From Psammoneis japonica (taxonomy: Eukaryota): 64,000 bases of DNA. The number at the start of each line of letters is the position of its first letter. Position 1 is the stretch's first letter. The position numbers and the translations under genes were made by a program. The stretch is taken from contig QPGO01000031.1 of assembly GCA_008632985.1 (NCBI GenBank), positions 1-64,000 of the forward strand, in the 5' to 3' direction. The notes beneath the pieces were generated by a model, which worked only from the letters and a program-made list of their open reading frames with translations, did not search any database and was not told where the DNA came from. This document shows, in pieces, positions 27,521 through 37,553 of this stretch.

Positions 27521-28558
27521 CCAACACCAAAAAATCTGGTTTCTGCAGAAATGTGCCAGAGTGGTGCATGGGAGAAGTTGCATGCGCGCCTGGTGGGATT
27601 TGGAGTTTTGGGCACAAAAACCTGCCAGACGTGTGTGCAACTTCTCCCAGGGAAATCCTGCATGAGATTGTGCCGGGAAAGGGCAACGTGGAGTGTGGAA
27701 TTGATGGAAGAAAATGTTGTGCGAAACAGCATCAGGAGAAAGGGTGCATGTGCCGGAAAACAACATGGATTTCTACATGCGCGTTAAGGTGCGTGAAGAA
27801 CACGTGGGTGCCTTCAAGTGACGCATGCGAACAATCATAAAGAAAGATTTGGAAATGGAGATGGCACAGAGAGAAGTCAGAAACATGGATCCAAAACAAA
27901 GTGACACACAACAGAAAAAAAAACAACAAGAGACGGCAACGGGATTGATGAAAAAGAAGGATTCAGATGGAAAGATGCCGGAGACGGTGAAAACAGGCGG
28001 CGCCAAGACGAAGAAGGAAGAGAAAAATGGGACGGGCAAAATGAAGAAAGAGAAAAAGAAGCCAATGACATGACGTCAAGAGGGGAGCAGCGATGCGATT
28101 TGGCATTTCAAGGGACCTCTTCCTCTGATGATGTTCACCCAAATGCAAGAAATGCAGTGTGGCTTTTTTGGAATGGTGACAAGGAAACATCCAATGCGGC
28201 AGTGGCGCATTTGAAATTCTTGCAAGAGAGCGGACAAGACATGTGAATGAAGAGGATGATGCGGATGACTGGGCAAATTGGAGCACAGTTGTTGATTGAA
28301 CAATCAGCGCACACTTCACATGATGAAAATTGCATTGCATGCAATTGCAATGTTTGGCTTGTCGTCAAAGATCATCAGTTGTTGTGAAAAAGGCAGAGCA
28401 CAAAAATTAAAAAACATCTGTGTTCAAACATGAAGAATGGCAGGAGATTGACAATTGACCAAATGACAAAAACTGTCATGTGCAGACAAGTGAGTTTTAC
28501 AACACAGCAATGTGTTTTTATCATGTGTGCAGACATTGCGACATCGTGCACTCTGATG

Positions 28559-30080
28559 TGGCATGTTTCCCAGACAGTGTCTGCCCCACAGTTCGACAAG
28601 GGCCTTCTTGCTCCCTTTTGCTGAGAACGGGCAGGTGCACTCAAAAACCAGCCCCATCAGTGTGCTCCATGTGATGACTCGAAATGTGGAGTGCTCAACC
28701 TTAGAGCTGTGCCCTGCAGAGCTTGCAACCTTGTCCTTCCTGTCTGTTTTGGTGGCAAAATCCTTGCCGTCAGCCACTGCAGCCACATTCTTGAGCCCCA
28801 GTCATTTGTGCGATGCTGGTTCTGTCTTGGATGAGAACTCCTTGTCGATTCGGGGAACTGGCTCATGTGCAACCCGACTTCCCCAATCAAAGGTGCCCAT
28901 TCTGCAACAACACATGAAACATTTGTTTGGCTTGTGTTGAAACAGTCTTTCAATTCAACCTCGTTGATGTTGGTTTCAAACCAGCAGTGGGCAATGAGGC
29001 ATTGCTCAAATTCGGACAGATTGGAATCAAGCAACTCGGATGGGCCAAGTGGCTCGTGCTTCAAGTTGTACATTGCCCAAACAAAAGCCTTTGTTTCTGC
29101 CCATGATCCAATCCCAAAGAGCTTGAGTGCCTTGTGTGGGTTTGCTTCATGCCATTCGTCACTTGCAATTGACACTCGGTTGACTCCAGCCATCTCGCTC
29201 TTCAGCATTTCCATGGGATCCTGCTGGTCTCTTTCTGCAATCTCTTCTGCTTGTTTCAAAACTGCAGCTTGTAAATTTGCTTTTTCCTCTTTAACAAATC
29301 GCAGTTGGTTTCTGAGTTGAAGCATCTGCTCCGCGGCGGTTTCGGGGCTGTTGTGGCATGACTTTGCAAGGCTTGAGCAAATGAAGTCTCCACTGTCTTG
29401 ATTCCTTGTTGCTGCAGCCGGTGTTTGAGCTTGCGGCATTGCTGCTTCCATTGTGCCCCACATCTCCAAGTCAAACTTAACTGCCTTCATGTCTTCTGTT
29501 GCTTCGGCAACAGTGCAGCTGGGTGCCACAAGGCATGCACCACAATGCTCGTCGGCGGCTGTGTGCCCTCTTGCTCCTGGCATGTTCTCTTTCACACATT
29601 CCTTTGATGCTGTCTGAGGTGACATGAAGCCCCTTTCATTGTCTTTTGCTTGAATCAGAATCTTGGGGTGGAAGTGATGAAGAGCAGTGCATCGCCTGAT
29701 CTGGGCGGGGTGGCTGTTCCCATTTCGTGTCTTTCTCTTCTTTGATGCCTCCTTCCAATTGTCACAGTTTTCAAAGGCGTGAGCACTTTTGAGAGCCGTG
29801 AGATGTGTGCGAAAGTGCGTTGCTCTCTTCTCCTTCAATGCAGACGTTGCCACCCTTCCTTTCTTCCCTTCATTGGTTGGTGTTGGAACAGCGATGAAGG
29901 TGCCACGTCGGTCACCGAGCTCTTGGAACACCTTCGTGAGCTCAGTGCACTCTTTTGAGCCACAGATGCAGCCATGCTGTTGCTTCTTTTTCCCAGGAGC
30001 CAAATGGGAATCGCATGGAACATGATGGAAACGACATGGTGCCGTGGCGGCATCTCTCGTTGCCGACATGAGGGCATCAT
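28559..30080 (-). pseudogene. N-terminal part of the same transposase (THAP-like Zn finger, coiled coil, HTH, first catalytic Asp)
   Basis: CICGSKEC...CTALHHFHP (THAP-like); LSEFEQCLIA...ELKDCFNTSQTNVSCVVAEW (HTH_Tnp_4-like); ADGKD...SSKVEHST. Joins in frame to 17691 after removing the insertion: ELWGRHCLGNMP-IEMLVLTDKGF. Confidence 0.75.
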
Positions 30081-30771
30081 GGTCAGCACAACGGAGCTCA
30101 GCAAAACAGACATTTTTGCTTTGGCTGCAGATTTTCTTGCGGTTGCGCGTTCCACCTCAAAAGTCCGCGCGAATGCTGCTTGTTGATTCTCGAACATTTG
30201 CAGTGACATTTTTAAAAATGGCCACTCCCACGGAGCGTTGCACTTTTCAGTCTGGCCAGCAAATTTTTCCACGCAATTTCTGCATGCCACGTTCAATTCT
30301 ACGCAGCCTTGGCACTTGCACAAAGCACCTCACGATGCATTGCTCCCCGCTGATCTCACCATGGCACCGATGCATTGTCGTTTGTTGTGCAGCACTGAAC
30401 AGGATTTGGTCAACTTCCGTGCAACGGGGCTCACATTAAAGTGGCAAATCACAGGAGCAAAATGTGACTGCCAAGGGAGAGAATCTTTAAGTGTCAAAAC
30501 TGAGCTGACTTTGCAGAAGCAGAGGCCATCAAATTTGCTGCATGCGGATCCCCACCTTTCCGTCTTCATTGAGCATGATGACGGAACAGGCCGCTGGGTG
30601 CATTTTGCCATTCTTGTTGAAATGACATGCTTCCACAATCATGCGATCGCCCAAGTGCAACACACAGCTGCTGATGAGAGCTGATGCATCACGGCGACGT
30701 GTTGCAGCCTTTAAATGTCACAAAGGGCGTGACAAAAACAACCTTTTGTCTGCATGCATGCTGCACCGTGA

Positions 30772-30835
30772 ATTCACAGCGGAGTGGTTCATCGCAACCA
30801 TTGGGCAGGAGGCCAGGGGTTCGAAACCCTGAGTG
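30772..30835 (+). other. tRNA-derived segment with Pol III A-box/B-box-like motifs inside the TRIM
   Basis: CAGCGGAGTGGTTCATCGC (D-arm/A-box like) and GGTTCGAAACC at 30818-30828 (T-loop/B box). Anticodon arm and acceptor stem are not intact. Confidence 0.55.
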
Positions 30836-30918
30836 GGGGAGTTGTCTGCAGCAACGTTGATCACTGTCGAACGCGTAAAACTCTGTGCAGTTCTGCACGT
30901 TCCTTCGCACGTGCCCAC

Positions 30919-31350
30919 TGCCCCATGCATGTGCCAGGCGCTGAAAAAGAAGATGTGTCACGACTTTGTCGTTGTGAAAATTGTGAGCCAGTTTAGAGCA
31001 GAGAAAATGGGATCGTGCGAACAGGGAATCTTGCCAAATCCCTGTTCGTTCGCATTTGGATCATGTTAAATCGATCGTGCGTTCGCATCATGGATCGTGC
31101 GAATCAAGCCATCATGCGCCATGCACGAGTGATGTCATCGTGTGGAATCACGCTGCCATCGTGGGCCAGACGACGGGCTGGTGTGCTTCACATGGACGCT
31201 CTCTTGGCATCCTTCTGGATTTGCCTGAGACCTGGAGCCACGCCCTCCTGTGGTCGTGCTTCCCAGGTGCATGTCAACAACACTGCGTTGCCACGTACAA
31301 GAGGCTCATGCACGGTCTCGCCGTGTTGTCCAGCAGCGAGGCATGCTGCA
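30919..31350 (-). repeat. 3' LTR of Gypsy
   Basis: Aligns without gaps to 35776-36207. Confidence 0.95.
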
Positions 31351-31389
31351 CACTCCCCCATGATCAGGGCCGTTAAGTGACAGGATGTC

Positions 31390-34300
31390 TTGCTGGTGAT
31401 GGGGCACAATCTGCCGTAGATTGCACGCATCTGTCAGCGCTCCATTCTGGACACGCAACGTGCCGTTGTCACATGCACGGACAACTCTGGCGGGTCCTGC
31501 ATGGCTGTCAGAACCGCATTTAGAGGATTGTTCCTGTTTGACAAGCACCAATTGCCCTGCGGTGTGTTGATGCTCCTTGCGTTTCTGATTTTCACGCTTG
31601 TTGTTTAAGTGGACAAGCTTCTGCTTTCTGGCTTCTATGTGCTTCCACTTGGCACTGTGGGCAATGGATAAAACCGTGTCGCGTCCGAAGACCAATTGCA
31701 TGGGACTTGCATGCGTGGTCGTGTGTGCCGTAGCTCTAACAGCGAAGGCCACTGCGGAGAGGATGCCACTCCATGGGTCATCTTCGTCCAGTTCCATGTC
31801 CTGTGCTGAAAAGGAACGCACCATGTCACCAAGTGTCTGGTGCACACGTTCCACTGTGGCATTTGCCTGTGGATTCCGTTCACTTGTGGGTTTCTTCAAA
31901 ATCCCACAGTCATTTTTAATCATCTGGCTAAATTCTGCCATAAATTCTGTCCCGCGGTCATAAACCACCTGGGTTGGCCACGGACATCTGCACAGCCACG
32001 TTTGTTCCACGACGTTTGCTGCGATTCTGCGTGTTTCGTAGATGCTTCTTTAATCTCGAACCACCCAGTTGCTGGGTCAATCATTGTGACTGCCCACAAT
32101 TGCAAGGTGTCCTTTCCGCGTCTTTGAATTTTATGTGGCCCTGTCATGTCCATGCATGGAGTCTCCCATGGAATTATCTCTGCGACCTTTTCTGGTGGCT
32201 TCCCATGATGCTGCATTCGGCGTTTTGTCTTCTGGCATCGATCGCACTCAACGCATGTAGAATGCACCGTAGACCTCACACTGGGCCAACAGAAGTGCTG
32301 GGCAACAGATGTTTTCTGCACGTGTCTCACCTGGATGACGCAGTGTCTCGTGGTGCCATTCAGTTAGCGGAACCTGCAATGACTGTGGTGCTGCGATTTT
32401 GTCCTTATGACAGATTAACTGTCGTGATGACCCTCCCCCACGACACGCGCGAATGGAGCAGTCGGACGAGTCCTCAGCTCTTGAGAGTGGGCGCTTGTCC
32501 TTTTGTTGTGCTTTTTGAATGCGCTTGAAGCTAACAGGCAGAGACAGCTCATCTTGTGCATCTGCATTAAAAGCTTCATGCAAAGGACGACTCGATGGAG
32601 TGTCTTTTACATCCGGATTAGCCTCGGAAGGCAAGCTGGGTGCCAGTCAAAAGGCGACTGAGAGCGTCAGCGACTGGGTTGTGGGTGCCCTTAACATGGC
32701 GTAATTCGGGACCGCATTCTTCGCACATTGACCACCAGCGCATGACGCGCTCGGCATTGAATGCTTTGTGCACAAGATTTTTATGATCAGCACACATGAT
32801 CACACGATGACCAAGGAGAATCGTTCGAAATTCTTTCAACGTCTCCACAATGGCGAGCAATTCTCTCTCCGTTGTTGCACAATTTAATTGCGCACTGTTG
32901 AGCTTTCTGCTGTAAAAGCGACAGGTTTATCATCTTGGGACACAACTGCTCCCAATTGACATTTAGAGGCATCGGCACGCACCTCAAAGGGTTTGTTAAA
33001 ATCAGGATGTGACAACAAAACATCATCCGATGTTGTCCGTTTAACGGTTTCGAACGCCTCATCTTCAACGGACGTCCACTCCCACTTGACAGTCTTGCTT
33101 ACGAGTCGTGTTAGTGGAGCCAAGATTTCAGAATGTCCAATCCACGTGTCGCGGCAGCAGCTCACCATGCCAACAAATGAACGCAGGTCGCGTTCATTGG
33201 TTGGGGTCACGATTCGCTTGATGGCGTCGACTTTATCAGGCATTGGTCGCACTCCGTCTCTGTTGACCAGACAACCCAAGCATTCTAATTGGGTTTGACA
33301 GAAGTGAGATTTAGTTGCGTTAACTTTTAGTCCTGCTTTCTGGACCCTCAACAAAACTTCTTCAAGTTTGTTGAGGTGATCTTCACAGGTGCCTTTCGTC
33401 ACGACGAGAAGGTCATCTAAGTACGTTCGAACGAACGATGGATCTTCAAATAAGCCTGACATGCGTTCTTGGAAAATGTCTGGCGAATTACATAATCCCA
33501 TGGGCAACACCTGCATCTCATACTTACCCCACGGGAAGATGAGCGTGCAGAGCTTCTTACTATCAGCATCCAATCGGATATGATAATAGCCCATGTTTAA
33601 ATCCAGCGATGTAGCCCACATAAAGCCTTCGAGCTTAAGTAGCATATCTTGGATATGAGGAATCGCATAAGGCAATCGCTTAATCCGTTTATTCAGCTCT
33701 CTCAAATCATTAATAAATCGTACCGTTAAATCTTTCTTCGGTATGATAAATGATGGAGCTGCCCATTGGGATCGGTTAACGCGTTTGAGAACACCGATAC
33801 GTACTAGGCGTTCTACTTCTTTACGTAGCGTAGCTTCGTACGCACGAGGTACTTTATACGGACGAGCGTGGTATGGTTCTACACCCTCCTTGAGCTGGAT
33901 ATGGTAGGGTTCTCCCTTCCATTCTCCTAATGTCCCATCAAATAAGGACTCATGGCGTTTCAATAGAGCCAAAAGGTCGTTTTGTTTAACTATAGAAAGT
34001 CCTATTGCTCCTCGCGTTATGTCCTCGAGGCAGGCCGGCGCGTACTTAGCGTCTAAAATACGCGAAATCCGGGTGGTTTCCGAAGATAAGGATTCTGGAT
34101 CTTGAAGATAGAAGGAGGTTTCCACCGTAGCATCTACGTGCCTCATTGGTACTTCTCCAAACACTCTATCATCTGTTTAGAGAAGACAATATCAATGCCT
34201 TGCGTCTCCAGAATGTCACGTCCAATAATCATATCGTACTTGCCCAACTTTCCGTTGTGTACGTGGACGGTATATTTAAGTTCTGCAGTTTCGGATAATT

Positions 34301-34637
34301 CTGGTAACCGAAATTTAACGGTACAGTCGTTAGACGTACTAAACGAGCCTGCTACCGTAGTCCAGTTTGTCTCAGCCGTTGAATGGCTTCGCAGACGTTT
34401 ACAGTATCGACTATCGAGTAGAGTACTGCTGGCGCCACTATCTAGTAGTGCCTTAATAGTTTGAGTCTTGCCCTTGCCATGTTTAGCATTCATAGCTAAA
34501 AACAAGATTGGAGTAAGATGAGTCTTTTTAACTCGTTTACGGGATTGGCCTACAACACGTGTACGATGGTAATTCAGTTGTTCATTTATACATTCATCTA
34601 ATGTATTAAAACTACCTGTATCGTGTCGGCCCCCTTC
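31390..34637 (-). pseudogene. pol: Gypsy pol (protease, reverse transcriptase, RNase H, integrase), frameshifted
   Basis: ALLDSGAS and IIGRD (PR); LDLNMGYYHI, LPMGL and YLDD (RT); DAS and DHKNL..ADALSR (RH); H..HPG..C..C, IDPATGW, DRGTEF and VERVH (IN). Confidence 0.92.
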
Positions 34638-35681
34638 TCAGGCGTCCGAATCTTCGGAATCACTTAAGTTGAGGTCGCGGAAGTGATCAAGCTCCTCCTC
34701 GCGGGCCTTGCGCTTTTTCTGAGCGTTGGCAAAGAACTCCTCGACCTTCGATCCGATGAGAGCATTAATGTCTTCCTCATTCCGAGGTTTTGCATTAGGC
34801 TTGCCGCCTCCGTTGTTGGAATGTCCAGTCTTGACACGTTTCACGTGGTGCTTGAGCTGACGGCAATCCTCCGCATGATGTCCACAGTTGGTCCCATGTG
34901 GCATGCACGACTTCTGGGTGTTCCGTTGGGTCATGATCAATGACTCAGGATTGTCCGTTCTACGTCCCCGCTCACGTGGAACCTTAGCATGTTGGTCCTG
35001 GTTGCCTTCGGTGAGCTCGACCTGCTCGATGCGCTCGCAGAACTGCACAAATTCGGCGATGGCATGCGCCAATGGGTCAAAATTCTGCAGCGTCATGAAC
35101 TTCTGCCATGCGTTCGGCACACCACACTCGAACATGTCGCATGGTTCGTCATTGGGTGATGGTGCCGGTGTTTCTCCATCCTCCGTCGCGGGTGGAAACT
35201 GAGAGATGTGGCCGTTAATTTCAACAGCCCTCGCGACGCAGTCACGAGCAGAAACCTCTGCGGGCTTGCGCATGAATCGCCGCAGATGACGCTTCTGCAA
35301 TGGTGCCGCCCTGTGTGGGAAGATGCTTTCCTTTAGCTTTGCGATGCATGCTGCATGCGTGGCATTGGTTTGGGATGCCTGCTTGTCAGCGGCATTGTTG
35401 AATGACGTCAGAGCATCGCCCTGTGGCAGGTCACGCATGAGGGCAAATTTCGCTGGCCCGGTCGCAATGTTTTGTCCTTCGTGCACGCGATCCACATTGC
35501 GCAGAAAGATTGGGAGTGTCTCGCATGTAGCCGCAGAAAGGTGCGGAGTGCCCATCTCGTGCGTTGGACTGTCCGGATCAGCAGGGTTGTTGCGCAGCTT
35601 GAACGTCTGGCACTCGCCCTGCTGCAGCTCTTTCTTCTCCGGCCGTGCGAACGGAATCGGCGGCTTGTTCCGCTTCTTCAT
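34638..35681 (-). pseudogene. gag: Gypsy gag
   Basis: ORF directly downstream of the 5' LTR; Zn-knuckle-like CMPHGTNCGHHAEDC near the C-terminus. Confidence 0.8.
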
Positions 35682-35775
35682 GGTCGTTTTAAGATTTGTT
35701 GGTCCCACCAACATTTCGTAGTTTCGTTTCTGCAGATTTCGTCACCTCGCACAACATGCGGGAGCAATGTTGCTG

Positions 35776-36207
35776 TGCCCTGTGCATGCACCAGGCGCTG
35801 AAAAAGAAGATGTGTTGTGACTTTGTCGTTGTGAAAATTGCGAGCTAGTTTGGAGCAGAGAAAATGGGATCGTGCAAACAGGGAATCTTGCCAAATCCCT
35901 GTTCGTTCGCATTTGGATCGCATTAGATCGATCGTGCGTTCGCATCATGGATCGTGCGAATCAAGCCATCACGCGCCATGCACGAGTGACGTCATCGTGT
36001 GGAATCACGCTGCCATCGTGGGCCAGACGACGGGCCAGTGTGCTTCACACGGATGCTCTCTTGGCATCCTTCTGGAATTGCCCAAGACCCAGAGCCACGC
36101 CCTCCTGTGGTCATGCTTCCCAGGTGCGTGTCAACAACACTGCGTTGCCACGCACAAGAGGCTCATGCACGGTCTCGCCGTGTTGTCCAGCAGCGAGGCA
36201 TGCTGCA
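35776..36207 (-). repeat. 5' LTR of Gypsy
   Basis: Aligns without gaps to 30919-31350. Confidence 0.95.
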
Positions 36208-37553
36208 CCACACTGTTCCGCCAAAACCGTGCAGTGTCAGTGCACGTCAGCAAAGAGCCGCATGGACGTGTGACACATGGGGAGGAGTGCAACACACAGC
36301 TGCTGACAAGAGTTGATGCATCACGGCGACATGTTGCAGCCTTTAAATGTCACAAAGGGCGTGACAAAAACAACCTTTTGTCTGCATGCATGCTGCACAA
36401 GGCTCCCAGACAACTGTTTTCAAAAGACTGGGAATCCAAAATGAAGCAGACAAGACAAATGGTTGAGCACTCTTGGAGAGCCAACAAGAGCAGATCTCCA
36501 AAGCACCAATCAGAAATCAGGTGCTTCTTGGAAAAGCTTCCAGAAGGCACTTGCCAAAAGCAGACACAAGCACAAATGAAATTTGTCAAAAAGCACGTTG
36601 CACCTCCTTTCCAACAACCAGCTCCACACCGAAAAGAACCTTTCGTGTGCTGCCTTCTGCCTTCAAAGAACTCGGTGCAAGAACATCCTGCACAGGCAAT
36701 GATTTGGTCGGTCTGGCATCCCTTGGAACAGGTGCATGTGCTGTTGAAACCTTCAGCAGGACGTGGGAAAAGAACATGAAGGAGTGTCTCATCCATCAAT
36801 CCAGAATGAGCCCGAGTCTCAGCGCGCTCGGGTTGGTTGAGCGTCGTTTCCAGGCATTCCAAATCCAGATGCAACAAAGAGGAGTGTTGCATCAACTTGA
36901 AAGACTTCAACTTCACTCTTCTGTCCAATGTCATTGACACATCAAAAGATGAGGCAAAACAAGGGGTGAGAGCTGACACCACAAGAGCGAAAGAAGTCAA
37001 AGGAACGACAAGTCACAAAACAAAGAACGAACATGCCACCACACAATGTGACGACCACAAACGCATGTTGCCAGGACGACAACTCAACTCACACTCTGCC
37101 ACCCATTGCTCGTGCTTGTGTCATGACAACAAAATGATGTGCATTGGAGCACAAACCAAAAAAAAGGCAAAACAAAAGAAACAAAGTCAAAGGATGACAA
37201 AAAAAACGAGTCATCACACCACTTCAGTTGACGACACATTTTGCAACACGCACGGCACTTGTCGAGACTGGGCCAATGCTTGCACATGACATGGACAAAG
37301 AACATAAATCTTGTGCACAACTCACCTCATAAAAAGACGCAACGACGATGGTGCAAACGATGCAACAGCGCCATGGTGTCTGCCAGAAAAATGTGCAGAG
37401 GCTGGTGCAAAAAAGTCGTTCTCCACTTTTTGATTTTTGCCAACTGGCCAGATTGGCTCAGCACTGAAAAATGTGATGATCTGTCGGAGGTCTTTCTCTT
37501 CCTCTTCTTCCCATGCCAACTGCAGACCTCCCAAGCTGGGAGTGAAAAATGAC

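Larger units (their letters stand above)
17692..28558. mobile_element. Plavaka-like (CACTA-related) DNA transposon, 10.9 kb, with cargo genes
   Basis: TIR CATCAGAGTGCA(T/C)GA at 17692 and its reverse complement ending at 28558; 2-bp TG flanks on both sides. Excision restores the host transposase reading frame. Confidence 0.85.
14502..30181. mobile_element. PIF/Harbinger-superfamily (ISL2EU-like) DNA transposon with two convergent genes, degenerate and interrupted by a Plavaka-like element; true outer termini not determined
   Basis: ~90-bp imperfect inverted repeats at 14502-14591 and 30092-30181 (core GCATTCGCGCGGACTTTTG.GGTGGAACGCGCAACCGCAA), each followed inward by CCATGATG. They enclose a nuclease-SAP-SWIM gene (+) and a DDE_Tnp_4-type transposase (-). 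Confidence 0.7.
30919..36207 (-). mobile_element. Full-length Ty3/Gypsy LTR retrotransposon
   Basis: 432-bp LTRs at 30919-31350 and 35776-36207 (TG...CA); 4-bp TSD CCAC; polypurine tract GGGGGAGTG next to the 3' LTR; domain order gag-PR-RT-RH-IN. Confidence 0.95.
30656..36397 (+). mobile_element. TRIM (miniature LTR retrotransposon, ~450 bp) split by the Gypsy insertion
   Basis: 110-bp direct repeats TG...CA at 30656-30765 and 36288-36397; 4-bp TSD CAAG on both sides; polypurine tract GGGGAGGAG immediately before the second repeat. Confidence 0.85.
30223..37544. mobile_element. Unclassified DNA element with CACTCCCA termini (~1.6 kb once the nested TRIM and Gypsy are removed)
   Basis: Starts CACTCCCA and ends TGGGAGTG. 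Flanks are AAAAATGGC (30214-30222) and AAAAATGAC (37545-37553), an 8/9 match. Confidence 0.55.

Noticed and set aside
14681..28558. Endogenous giant virus or Polinton (nuclease plus unknown ORFs)
   Set aside because: No capsid, packaging ATPase or PolB motifs seen; TIRs, TSDs and transposases explain the structure.
30772..30840. Functional tRNA gene
   Set aside because: No intact acceptor stem or anticodon arm; only D- and T-arm-like motifs, located inside a TRIM.
30919..36207. Diversity-generating retroelement (RT plus adenine-variable repeats)
   Set aside because: The RT is a Gypsy pol with RNase H and integrase, the repeats are LTRs with a TSD, and changes are transitions on both strands rather than A-to-N on one strand.
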